A DNA stretch of 64,000 nt from Candidatus Daviesbacteria bacterium. GTDB lineage: Bacteria; Patescibacteriota; Microgenomatia; Daviesbacterales; UBA10151. The position numbers were made by a program, and so were the translations under genes. Below the pieces are notes generated by a model. That model was not told the DNA's origin and did not search any database. It saw only the letters and a program-made list of their open reading frames with translations. Shown here piece by piece: positions 19,536 through 27,813 of the stretch (position 1 is the first letter of the stretch; every line of letters begins with the position of its first letter). The stretch covers positions 5,568 through 69,567 of the forward strand of contig JACPEY010000011.1 in assembly GCA_016183245.1 (NCBI GenBank). Direction: 5' to 3'.

Positions 19536-19555
19536 AAATTTGGGGCAAGAAAATA

Positions 19556-20179
19556 TTATCTTTTAAATTTCTTAATAATACTTGCTCTAATTTCAGCATC
19601 AACTAAGATATGATGCAGTACCGGAAGGATTGAGGCAAAAATGATTAGTCCGATAATAGGAAGAAGGTATTTATCAACATCAGGGATCAGGCTTCCCAGG
19701 TAAAACCCCAAAATAGGGATAGCAATGGCCCAAAGAATTCCTCCAATAAGATTAAACATCACAAACTTTTTGTACTGCATCAAGCCAACTCCGGCAACCA
19801 CAGGTGCGAAAGCACGTATAACTGGAACAAATCTTGCTAAAATTATAGTTTTACTGCCGTGCTTCTCATAAAATTTTTGAGCTCTTTCAAGATGATTCTT
19901 ATGAAACCAAATTGATTTTTCCTTATTAAAAAGTTTTCGTCCAAATTTTTGTCCAATGTAATAACCTACACTATCCCCTAAAACAGCAAAAATAAAGCTG
20001 CCGGCAACTAAAAATTTTATATCCAATACACCTTGCGAGGCTAAAAATCCAGCTGTAAACAAAAGAGAATCACCCGGGAAGAAAAAGCCTATCATCATGC
20101 CTGATTCCAGGAAGACTATGGCAAAAACCCCGAAATAACTAAAAGTTTTAATTAAGGTTATCAAATCGATTGGAAGCAT
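19556..20179 (-). CDS. DedA family membrane protein
   Basis: FLESG...FFPGDSLLF.AG and ARFVPVIR motifs. Confidence 0.93.
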   Translation of the reverse strand: MLPIDLITLIKTFSYFGVFAIVFLESGMMIGFFFPGDSLLFTAGFLASQGVLDIKFLVAGSFIFAVLGDSVGYYIGQKFGRKLFNKEKSIWFHKNHLERAQKFYEKHGSKTIILARFVPVIRAFAPVVAGVGLMQYKKFVMFNLIGGILWAIAIPILGFYLGSLIPDVDKYLLPIIGLIIFASILPVLHHILVDAEIRASIIKKFKR

Positions 20180-20256
20180 ATCAAGTTATGATAGCAGAAA
20201 ATTCCAGAAGGGGGAAGAAGTAATTATGTAAGACATTAGTTTCTCCCAAAGATTTT

Positions 20257-20377
20257 GTCATCTTGACCCGCCTCTCAGCCGGAGGCAATGAGGGCGGGGA
20301 AAGATCTCTAGATTAATCTTGAGATTCCTCACTACGCCTGCCTGCCCTGCCCTGCCGGCAGGCAGGTTCGGAATGAC
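20257..20377 (+). repeat. Intergenic family B element with two nested mini-hairpin elements
   Basis: GTCATC...GAATGAC ends, with CCCGCC...GGCGGG and CCTGCC...GGCAGG blocks inside. Confidence 0.8.
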
Positions 20378-20409
20378 AATTTACTGGGAAACTCTGAATA
20401 GTTACGTAA

Positions 20410-21027
20410 TTATTGGAACCTTCTGATTACCCCCACGCATTTGCCTTGAATTTTGACATCAGAAGCATAAATTGGAGACATGGAGGAATTAGCAGGTTCC
20501 AGTCTGATACGGTCTTTTTCTTTAAAAAAGCGTTTTAAAGTAGCCAGCCCGTTTTCCAAAAGCGCTACCACTATATCGCCGTCTGTAGCAGTATTTTGTT
20601 CTTCAATAATGACATAATCTCCATCTAAAATTCCGTCCTCAATCATAGAGTCGCCTTTAACCTGCAAAACATAAGATCGTTTTTTTCCTGAGACCATATT
20701 AGGGGCAACTTTAACTGTTGCATCAGGGTCTGTAAACGGCATAATAGGGGAGCCGGCTGCAATAAAGCCTAAAACCGGAAGCTCAATTCCTTTTAGAGTG
20801 GAGGAAATTTTCTGATCCAACACTTCAATTCCCCGAACAGCACCTTCGAATCTTTTGATAACCCCTTTTTGCGCCAGCGCCTGGAGGTGTTCGTGAACCG
20901 TAGCCAGGGAAGAAACTCCAATTGCTTCCGCAATTTCTCCCAAAGTAGGTGAGTAGCTGTATTTGTCGATATATTGCCTGATGAAATCCAAAATTTGTTT
21001 TTGGCGACGGTATAAAGTTATAGGCAT
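20410..21027 (-). CDS. lexA: SOS repressor LexA
   Basis: N-terminal wHTH, IAAG cleavage site, GDSM Ser, TLKR Lys. Confidence 0.96.
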   Translation of the reverse strand: MPITLYRRQKQILDFIRQYIDKYSYSPTLGEIAEAIGVSSLATVHEHLQALAQKGVIKRFEGAVRGIEVLDQKISSTLKGIELPVLGFIAAGSPIMPFTDPDATVKVAPNMVSGKKRSYVLQVKGDSMIEDGILDGDYVIIEEQNTATDGDIVVALLENGLATLKRFFKEKDRIRLEPANSSMSPIYASDVKIQGKCVGVIRRFQ

Positions 21028-21035
21028 GTATTTAA

Positions 21036-21062
21036 CTTACCAAGAAAACCCGAAACTGTCAA
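21036..21062 (-). promoter_or_regulatory. Putative sigma-70 promoter of lexA (nearly leaderless)
   Basis: Minus strand TTGACA-gtttcgggttttcttgg-TAAGTT, a few nt before the ATG. Confidence 0.55.
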
Positions 21063-21108
21063 GGGCCAAATTGTGCTCAGGTACAAGATATAGTAAAATG
21101 CTGAAGAA

Positions 21109-22710
21109 ATGATAAAAAAAGAATTTAGAGATTCGGGTATTGATATTGTTGGTAAGGTTCCCTGGGGAACGCATTTCTGTCAATTCTACAGGACCCAAAA
21201 AGATTTATCAGATGTTTTAGTCCGTTATTTTAAGGCCGGGTTGGAAAATAACGAATTTTGCGTCTGGGTTACTTCAGAATTTCTAACCAGAGAGGATGCT
21301 TTGAAAAGTTTAAAAAAGGTTATACCGAGGATTGAGCAATATCTAAAAAAGGGACAGATGGAGATTTTTCCTTATACTGATTGGTATTTAAAACAGGGTA
21401 AGTTTGAAATGAAGCGGGTTTTGAAAATGTGGGTAAATAAGCACAACGAAGGCTTAAAAAAAGGATTTGCAGGTTTGAGAGTCAGCGGCAACCCGTTTTG
21501 GATTGATAATAAAAAAGACTGGGATGATTTTGCCTCTTATGAGGCTGAAATTAATCGGGTTATCGGGCCGTATAAGCTTTTAGTGCTTTGTACTTATTCT
21601 TTGGAAAAGTGCAGTGCTGATGAAGTAATTGATGTAGTAACAAACCACCAGTTTGCCCTGATAAGAAGAAGGGGGAAACTGGAGCTTATCAAAAGTGCCG
21701 AGCAAAAAAAGGCTGAGGAAGAAATTGCTCATCTTGCATCTTTTCCCGAACTCAATATTAACCCAATTGTGGAAATAAATATACCGGGAGAGGTTATGTA
21801 CGCCAATCCTGCTTCAAAAAAACTTTTCCCCGGAATAAAGGAAGAGGGAATCAAACATACCGCACTTTTAGGGATTAACCCTGGCAGCACCAAAAAGTCC
21901 GGTCCTTTAATCCGGGAAATTCCCCTTGGTGATAAATGGTACAGGCAGGCTATAATTTATGTTCCGGAGGCAGACAGTGTCAGGATATACAACAATGACA
22001 TTACTGACAGAAAAAAGCTGGAGCAGCTAAAGGATGAATTTTTGGGGGTGGCCAGCCACGAACTTAAGACTCCGGTTACCAGTATTAAAGCCTATACTCA
22101 GATACTTCGCAAGATTTTTTATGATAAAGGAGATATACGTTCTGCTGAGATGCTTGGGAAAATGGAGGCTCAGGTAAACAGGATTATCGGTTTGATTGCC
22201 GACCTTTTGGATATTACTAAAATACAAACAGGAAAGATGCAATTTAATTATAAGTATTTTGATTTTAATGAAATGATTGATGAGGTTTCAGAAGATGTAC
22301 AACGAATCTCCCCCCAGCATGAAATTATTAAAGAACTTGCCAGGACAAAAACAATTTACGGAGACAGGGAACGTTTAGGACAGGTAATTACAAATTTTTT
22401 GACAAATGCTATTAAATATTCCCCTAAAAATGACCGGGTGATTTTAAAAACAGTAGTTGATGATAAAAAAGTTACCCTGTCGGTTAGGGATTTCGGTATG
22501 GGTATCCCTGAAGAAAAACGGCAAAAGGTATTTGAGCGTTTCTACCGCGTGGAAACAACTGGTGAACGGACGCCTACCGGTCTTGGATTGGGGCTTTATA
22601 TTTCATCAGAGATTATTAAAAGACATCAGGGGAAGATCGGCGTAAAAAGCAATACAGGCAAAGGTTCGACATTTTATTTTGTGGTACCTTTAAAACCGGT
22701 TCAGAAATAA
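21109..22710 (+). CDS. MEDS-PAS histidine kinase
   Basis: WGTHFCQFY...LRVSG...LCTY (MEDS), SHELKTP H-box, N and G boxes. Confidence 0.92.
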   Translation: MIKKEFRDSGIDIVGKVPWGTHFCQFYRTQKDLSDVLVRYFKAGLENNEFCVWVTSEFLTREDALKSLKKVIPRIEQYLKKGQMEIFPYTDWYLKQGKFEMKRVLKMWVNKHNEGLKKGFAGLRVSGNPFWIDNKKDWDDFASYEAEINRVIGPYKLLVLCTYSLEKCSADEVIDVVTNHQFALIRRRGKLELIKSAEQKKAEEEIAHLASFPELNINPIVEINIPGEVMYANPASKKLFPGIKEEGIKHTALLGINPGSTKKSGPLIREIPLGDKWYRQAIIYVPEADSVRIYNNDITDRKKLEQLKDEFLGVASHELKTPVTSIKAYTQILRKIFYDKGDIRSAEMLGKMEAQVNRIIGLIADLLDITKIQTGKMQFNYKYFDFNEMIDEVSEDVQRISPQHEIIKELARTKTIYGDRERLGQVITNFLTNAIKYSPKNDRVILKTVVDDKKVTLSVRDFGMGIPEEKRQKVFERFYRVETTGERTPTGLGLGLYISSEIIKRHQGKIGVKSNTGKGSTFYFVVPLKPVQK

Positions 22711-22721
22711 CAGAATAATAA

Positions 22722-23078
22722 ATGACAAAGAAAAAAGTAATGATTATTGAAGATGATGAGGGCATTACAGATGTTTTGAGGACTGTTATTGAAATGTATG
22801 GGTATGAGGTTGTGGTTGCCGGCGATAATTCAATTATTGAAGATGTACAAAATAGTCTGCCTGATTTGCTTCTTATGGATGTCTGGATGAAAGAGTGCGA
22901 CGGCAGAAAAACTTGCCGGCATTTGAAAAATCAGGCTGATACAAAACATATTCCGATTATTATGGTTTCAGCAACCAGGGATTTAATTAAATCAGCCCGG
23001 GATTCTGGCGCAGATGATTTTTTGGAAAAGCCTTTTGAAATAGAAGACCTGGTTGGAAAAATACAGAAATTAATTTAG
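22722..23078 (+). CDS. Single-domain response regulator
   Basis: IEDD, LMDVWM, ADDFLEKPF. Confidence 0.92.
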   Translation: MTKKKVMIIEDDEGITDVLRTVIEMYGYEVVVAGDNSIIEDVQNSLPDLLLMDVWMKECDGRKTCRHLKNQADTKHIPIIMVSATRDLIKSARDSGADDFLEKPFEIEDLVGKIQKLI

Positions 23079-23499
23079 GATTTGTGTCCGATAATCAGGT
23101 TGTCAACAAACCAGCCGTTGTTTTTCCTTGAAACTTTAGATACATCCATTTTTGGTTCATCGATCGGAGCGGTCCAAAGGGTGAATAACGCGCCAAAGAT
23201 TGACTCTTCAAATATTCTTTTAATTTTGGTATTGATTTTTAGCTTGCTCATTTTCATACTCAGTTGAAGGGTAGGATCAAGAATGCTTAGGTAGATATGT
23301 ATTTATTTGTCAGATCTTCCTGTTATTCTTGATAATTCTTAAATAGCTCATCCTATTTAAGTTTTTTCCTACCCCCAAACCTGAGTAATTTGCATGATAA
23401 ACTTTAAAAGTAAGAAGAGAACAAAGATAACGTAATAATTTTGTTAGAGGACTATTTGTTTCTGATATTTTCAGAATCAGTTGATTCTACTTAAAGTCA

Positions 23500-24690
23500 T
23501 CATGAATGAGATTTCCAAACCTTATCTATATTTATTTTGGGCAGACAGATTTCAACTGTAGTACCCTTATCTATTTTAGATTTGATAGAGATTCTGCCTT
23601 TATGTTCTTTGATAATTTGATGAGATAAATATAAACCCAATCCCATTCCTTCTTTTGTATTATTGGTTCCCCTGTAAAATCCTTCAAAAACTTTATTCAT
23701 ATCTTGTTGATTGATTCCCAAGCCATAATCCCTGATTTGAATTACTAATTCTTCCCCTCTTTTCTTTAAGAAAATATTAACCTTCTTAATTTTAGGAGAA
23801 AATTTTGTGGCGTTATCCAAAATATTATTTAAAACCTGGGTAATTTTATCGCGATCGCAAATTACATTTGCATCTTCTTTTGCAACTGTATTTTTGTAAT
23901 TCAGTTGATTATTAGGATAAGTTATTATAAAGTCTTCTATGGCTTTATCTAATACTTCAACTAGATTATTCTCTTGCCAATTATAATGAAAATGCCCCAA
24001 ATGGATGCGATTGACTTCTAAGAGTTCTTCTATAAGACGAGTCAGGCGAAGGGTTTCTCTATATATATCTTCAACCCACCTTTTTTCCAATCTATCCTCT
24101 CCAATTTTATTTCTGAGCAGTTGGGCATATCCACTGATGGTAGTAATGGGGGTACGGAATTCATGTGCAGCCATTGATAAAAAAAGATTACGTGCCTCTA
24201 AATTTGTTTTAGTTTCACTATATAGTTGAGTTTTATGGATCGCTAAGCTGGCCATAGATCCAAATAATTTGAGTATTGATAATTCTTTTTGAGTAAACTT
24301 CCTGAGGCGATGATGGGACATAATATTCATTACACCCATGCTTTTACCTTTATTAACTATTGGTATAAAGATTGTAGATTGGATTCCTGCTTTTACCAAC
24401 TCTGGATGAACCTCCTTAAAATCTTCCGCGTAGGTTACATAAGCCTTTTTTTGCGAAAAAGCGGTATAAGTAAAACCCCTTCTACGCATTTTTGGGGGGC
24501 CTAAAAAAGGCACATAGGCATACTTAATGCTTAGTTCGTTATTTTTAGCAAGAGCAAGGTAGCCTTCATCTGCTTGAACCAGTTTAATAGCCTCGTCGAT
24601 AATCGCCCGATAAGTTGCCTCAGGAGTTAAGGGTTGTAAAAAGCGGAGTGAGGCTTTGTTAATTTGTTCCAATACTTCTACTAAATCCAT
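23500..24690 (-). CDS. GAF-domain histidine kinase
   Basis: GAF-like N-terminus, AHEFRTP, NILDNA, GMGLGL. Confidence 0.92.
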   Translation of the reverse strand: MDLVEVLEQINKASLRFLQPLTPEATYRAIIDEAIKLVQADEGYLALAKNNELSIKYAYVPFLGPPKMRRRGFTYTAFSQKKAYVTYAEDFKEVHPELVKAGIQSTIFIPIVNKGKSMGVMNIMSHHRLRKFTQKELSILKLFGSMASLAIHKTQLYSETKTNLEARNLFLSMAAHEFRTPITTISGYAQLLRNKIGEDRLEKRWVEDIYRETLRLTRLIEELLEVNRIHLGHFHYNWQENNLVEVLDKAIEDFIITYPNNQLNYKNTVAKEDANVICDRDKITQVLNNILDNATKFSPKIKKVNIFLKKRGEELVIQIRDYGLGINQQDMNKVFEGFYRGTNNTKEGMGLGLYLSHQIIKEHKGRISIKSKIDKGTTVEICLPKINIDKVWKSHS

Positions 24691-24699
24691 TTGAATATA

Positions 24700-26286
24700 T
24701 TACAAGATACGAACAGAGTCTTGGTTAGCTTTATAGAAATCAAGGTTTAGCCTGTTATCAGGACACATCCAATAATAACCATTAAATTCTGGGTTTGGTG
24801 CGATAGGAAATCTGTCACTGGTTAGCATATTTAAATATTTTATTAGTTTTCTTTCATTATCTATAACTGCCCATCTCAGCCAGTATTCACTAGGTGCTGA
24901 ATGTATGGGGTGTCCATCGCCAGATCTAAAGATGTCTTTTTTGTGGGCAGTATCTGAGGTTTGCTTATCGGGATAAGCATATATTGGATAATCTGTAACT
25001 CCTATAAGGGCATCATCTATATATGAGTGACCCACGCCAATAGTAATTCTTTTGTATTTTGTGCCTAGTAAATTGCGTAACCGATCCTCGTAGTTAGTAA
25101 TCGGTCTTCCTGGATTCGGATTATTCTTTGAGTAAAATACATCACCTGTTAGTTTGCCTGTAAACTGAGTGCCGCCCTCTGTTTCCCACTGTGCAGAGGT
25201 CACACTATCTATATTTAAGTGGTTTTTTAATACTTGTATTAACCAAGACGGTTCGATTCCTGCAAGAATGTTATTGAAGCCGTTGTTATTGCAGACTGCA
25301 AAAGCTGTTTCTGTTAAGGATTTAAAGCGTGGTTTTCTAGCAAAGTAATCTTTGGCATGTTGTATTACTGCTTCAATATTTTGGTCTTTTAAACCCGCAG
25401 CCCAAATAGTATTAATTGCTTCAGCTAATTTACCAGCATCATTAGGGTCGATAATACGGCGATCAATTAAAGATTCATATCTTTTGATTGTATCAATCAC
25501 TTCCGGCTCGAGAAGACCTGTTTTAACTTGATTTTTCATTAGATCGCACATAAGGTTTTCTCCTTTATAGAGTGATCCCGGTGTCCAAAATACATCTCCA
25601 AATGGATGCAACCTATCCTTACCATATGAGCCGCCTTTGTATTCTTGTTTAAATACACCCCCAACATGCCAAAACTTAGTACCATTAAAAGCTTCAACAA
25701 GATCAAAAATTTTTATATCCAATCCTTCCTGGTAAGTTATTTGCTCCAGACGCTTTCTGGGATAATAAGTGAAATCACGGGAGAATTCTTCATTTCGTTT
25801 GCTTCTTTCATGACCAAAGCCATCTAGAAAACTTGCAAAAAATGCTCTCGGACCTTGCAGTCTATCTCTACAGTCAGCCAAAAGCCTGGTAAATGCATCA
25901 GGTCTAATATGAATTAATGAAATATGGGCATAAATTGCTTCAATTCCTTCAGGAATTGAATCTTTGCTGGCATCAAAATATCCTGCTTGTAGTCCTTTTC
26001 TCCTTAAATCTTCAATAAAAGGATGTGAGATGTCTCCTGCTCGGTATTCATACTCTTTATGCAGTTCTAAAGCATCAAATCCTGGTCCAGGGCCTATCTC
26101 AAAGACTTTTTTAGTGCCCGGTGGTGCAATTAATTCCTCAAAGATCAGTACTCGTAAAGCAGGTGTGTGCCCGCCTCTAAGTCCTAATGGATTATGTTTT
26201 TTGTATAATTCGGCATGTAGATTGTATTGTGTGGAATTATAATCGGGATCTCTAGATCCAATGAAGGTTTCTTTTCTTCTATTCAT
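24700..26286 (-). CDS. SAM methyltransferase fused to a degenerate HAD-like domain
   Basis: VFEIGPGPG motif I; the C-terminal half resembles HAD-IB (FTGKLTG...GVGHSYID). Confidence 0.6.
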   Translation of the reverse strand: MNRRKETFIGSRDPDYNSTQYNLHAELYKKHNPLGLRGGHTPALRVLIFEELIAPPGTKKVFEIGPGPGFDALELHKEYEYRAGDISHPFIEDLRRKGLQAGYFDASKDSIPEGIEAIYAHISLIHIRPDAFTRLLADCRDRLQGPRAFFASFLDGFGHERSKRNEEFSRDFTYYPRKRLEQITYQEGLDIKIFDLVEAFNGTKFWHVGGVFKQEYKGGSYGKDRLHPFGDVFWTPGSLYKGENLMCDLMKNQVKTGLLEPEVIDTIKRYESLIDRRIIDPNDAGKLAEAINTIWAAGLKDQNIEAVIQHAKDYFARKPRFKSLTETAFAVCNNNGFNNILAGIEPSWLIQVLKNHLNIDSVTSAQWETEGGTQFTGKLTGDVFYSKNNPNPGRPITNYEDRLRNLLGTKYKRITIGVGHSYIDDALIGVTDYPIYAYPDKQTSDTAHKKDIFRSGDGHPIHSAPSEYWLRWAVIDNERKLIKYLNMLTSDRFPIAPNPEFNGYYWMCPDNRLNLDFYKANQDSVRIL

Positions 26287-26295
26287 AGAGTGAGT

Positions 26296-27060
26296 CTATC
26301 GAGTTAATGTATCTATAAAATTAATCACATCCTCAGGCTGTTCAGGGGATATAATTTTATAGGTCTTTCCGCAGCTCTTTAAATAATCATCAAATTCTGC
26401 AGCTGGTTGGCCACATACTATACTTACCTGCGCGGCTTCTACCAGTCCTTGATCATTTAATGAATCAACAAAGGCAAGAGATATTCTATTGTTACATCCA
26501 AATGCCGGATTCAGAAGTATCCTTGCCCATTCACCTTTTAATTTACTAGTCATAGGATTTCTGATTCCTCCAGTAATGATTGAATTCTTATCCCTTTTCC
26601 ATTCAGTGGCACAGAAGCCTGTCAAAGTATACTCCTCTTTTACAGCCTGCGCAACATAGTCCGGTTCTCCCGTACTAAGCCAGGTTTCGAATCCCTTCTT
26701 TTTTAAAAGATTAATGACAGGTTCAGTATATCGATGAAAGTTGTCTTTATTTCTGCTGACGAATTTTTTGGCGTGACTCAGCAGATTGTTATAATTTATG
26801 CCCTTACAACCGTCTGCCCATCTGGAATTAAGCTCGCATACGTTTGAAGTTTGGCCTCGTTGACGGCTTTGATATCCTTGAATTGATTCTAATATTGCAG
26901 GTACTGCTCCAAGAAATACCAGGCCTTCCTGTATTTGGTCCAATACTAATGCCTCCATGATCAGTCCGCGGTACATAGTGTCATCTAAATCAAAAAAAGC
27001 AACAGGTTTTTGTTGGCTAACATTTATTGGCTTATTTTCAACTCCGGTTCTCATAATCAT
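26296..27060 (-). CDS. HAD-superfamily hydrolase (IB-like)
   Basis: AFFDLDDT, LSTG, K, DSLND. Confidence 0.8.
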   Translation of the reverse strand: MIMRTGVENKPINVSQQKPVAFFDLDDTMYRGLIMEALVLDQIQEGLVFLGAVPAILESIQGYQSRQRGQTSNVCELNSRWADGCKGINYNNLLSHAKKFVSRNKDNFHRYTEPVINLLKKKGFETWLSTGEPDYVAQAVKEEYTLTGFCATEWKRDKNSIITGGIRNPMTSKLKGEWARILLNPAFGCNNRISLAFVDSLNDQGLVEAAQVSIVCGQPAAEFDDYLKSCGKTYKIISPEQPEDVINFIDTLTR

Positions 27061-27118
27061 AATATTTTTAAGTTAAAAACTATAATACTGTTTTATAACA
27101 TATTGAAACTATAATTGG

Positions 27119-27279
27119 GTAAGAAGATTGTAAGAATGGAGAAGTATCTACAGGCGACATCTTCTTACAAATCTCTTACCCTATAATGTATTTTTTTCTT
27201 ACTTTTTTAGGATATCTTGTAACAAATCTTACAGACGAAAGAAAGTAAGTGTTGACATAAGGAAATTCCATAATATAAT
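27119..27279. promoter_or_regulatory. Divergent promoter region with GTAAGA tandem boxes and TTGACA/TATAAT
   Basis: GTAAGA at 27119 and 27130; TCTTAC at 27163, 27174, 27197 and 27227; TTGACA at 27252 and TATAAT at 27274. Confidence 0.55.
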
Positions 27280-27775
27280 GCATACCCTTTCACATTTTAA
27301 AAAAACTATGCAAAAGATGCTGTCGTTTATAACTTTGTTCTCCCTGTTTTTAAATCTAGTATTGCCTTATGCAGCAGTTTCAGCTGTGTATGCTCAAGAA
27401 GTTAGTCTTGCTCCAGCTGCAGAAACTGTTTCAGAACCGGCTCCGGAAAATACCCCTGCACCGGATACATCTACAGAGACTGCTCCGGTTACTCCTCCTG
27501 CCTCTCCTTCAGAAACTCCTTCTACGGAACCAACTATTGCACCTACACCTACTTCTACTCCGGTACCCAGCATAAGCCCGACTCCAACTCCCGGGCAGAC
27601 TCCTCTACCTGAAGATTTGCCTGCTTCCCCTTCTGCTCTTCCTATAGATAAGCCAGTTGATCCTGTTTCTTCAGCAATCCCCACAGACAGGGTCTGGAAT
27701 GATTTAGGGGACAAGACTTTTGAGACTATAAGTAATGTAGAACTAAATAAAGACCGGAAAAAGTTACCCAGTTAA
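27278..27775 (+). CDS. N-terminal fragment (signal peptide, Pro/Thr linker) of the giant surface protein
   Basis: Signal peptide ending AVYA/QE and PT-rich linker; out of frame with the 27814 ORF. Confidence 0.7.
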   Translation: MHTLSHFKKTMQKMLSFITLFSLFLNLVLPYAAVSAVYAQEVSLAPAAETVSEPAPENTPAPDTSTETAPVTPPASPSETPSTEPTIAPTPTSTPVPSISPTPTPGQTPLPEDLPASPSALPIDKPVDPVSSAIPTDRVWNDLGDKTFETISNVELNKDRKKLPS

Positions 27776-27813
27776 ATGCTGTTTCAGATACAGCTTTTGA
27801 AATTACTTCTACC

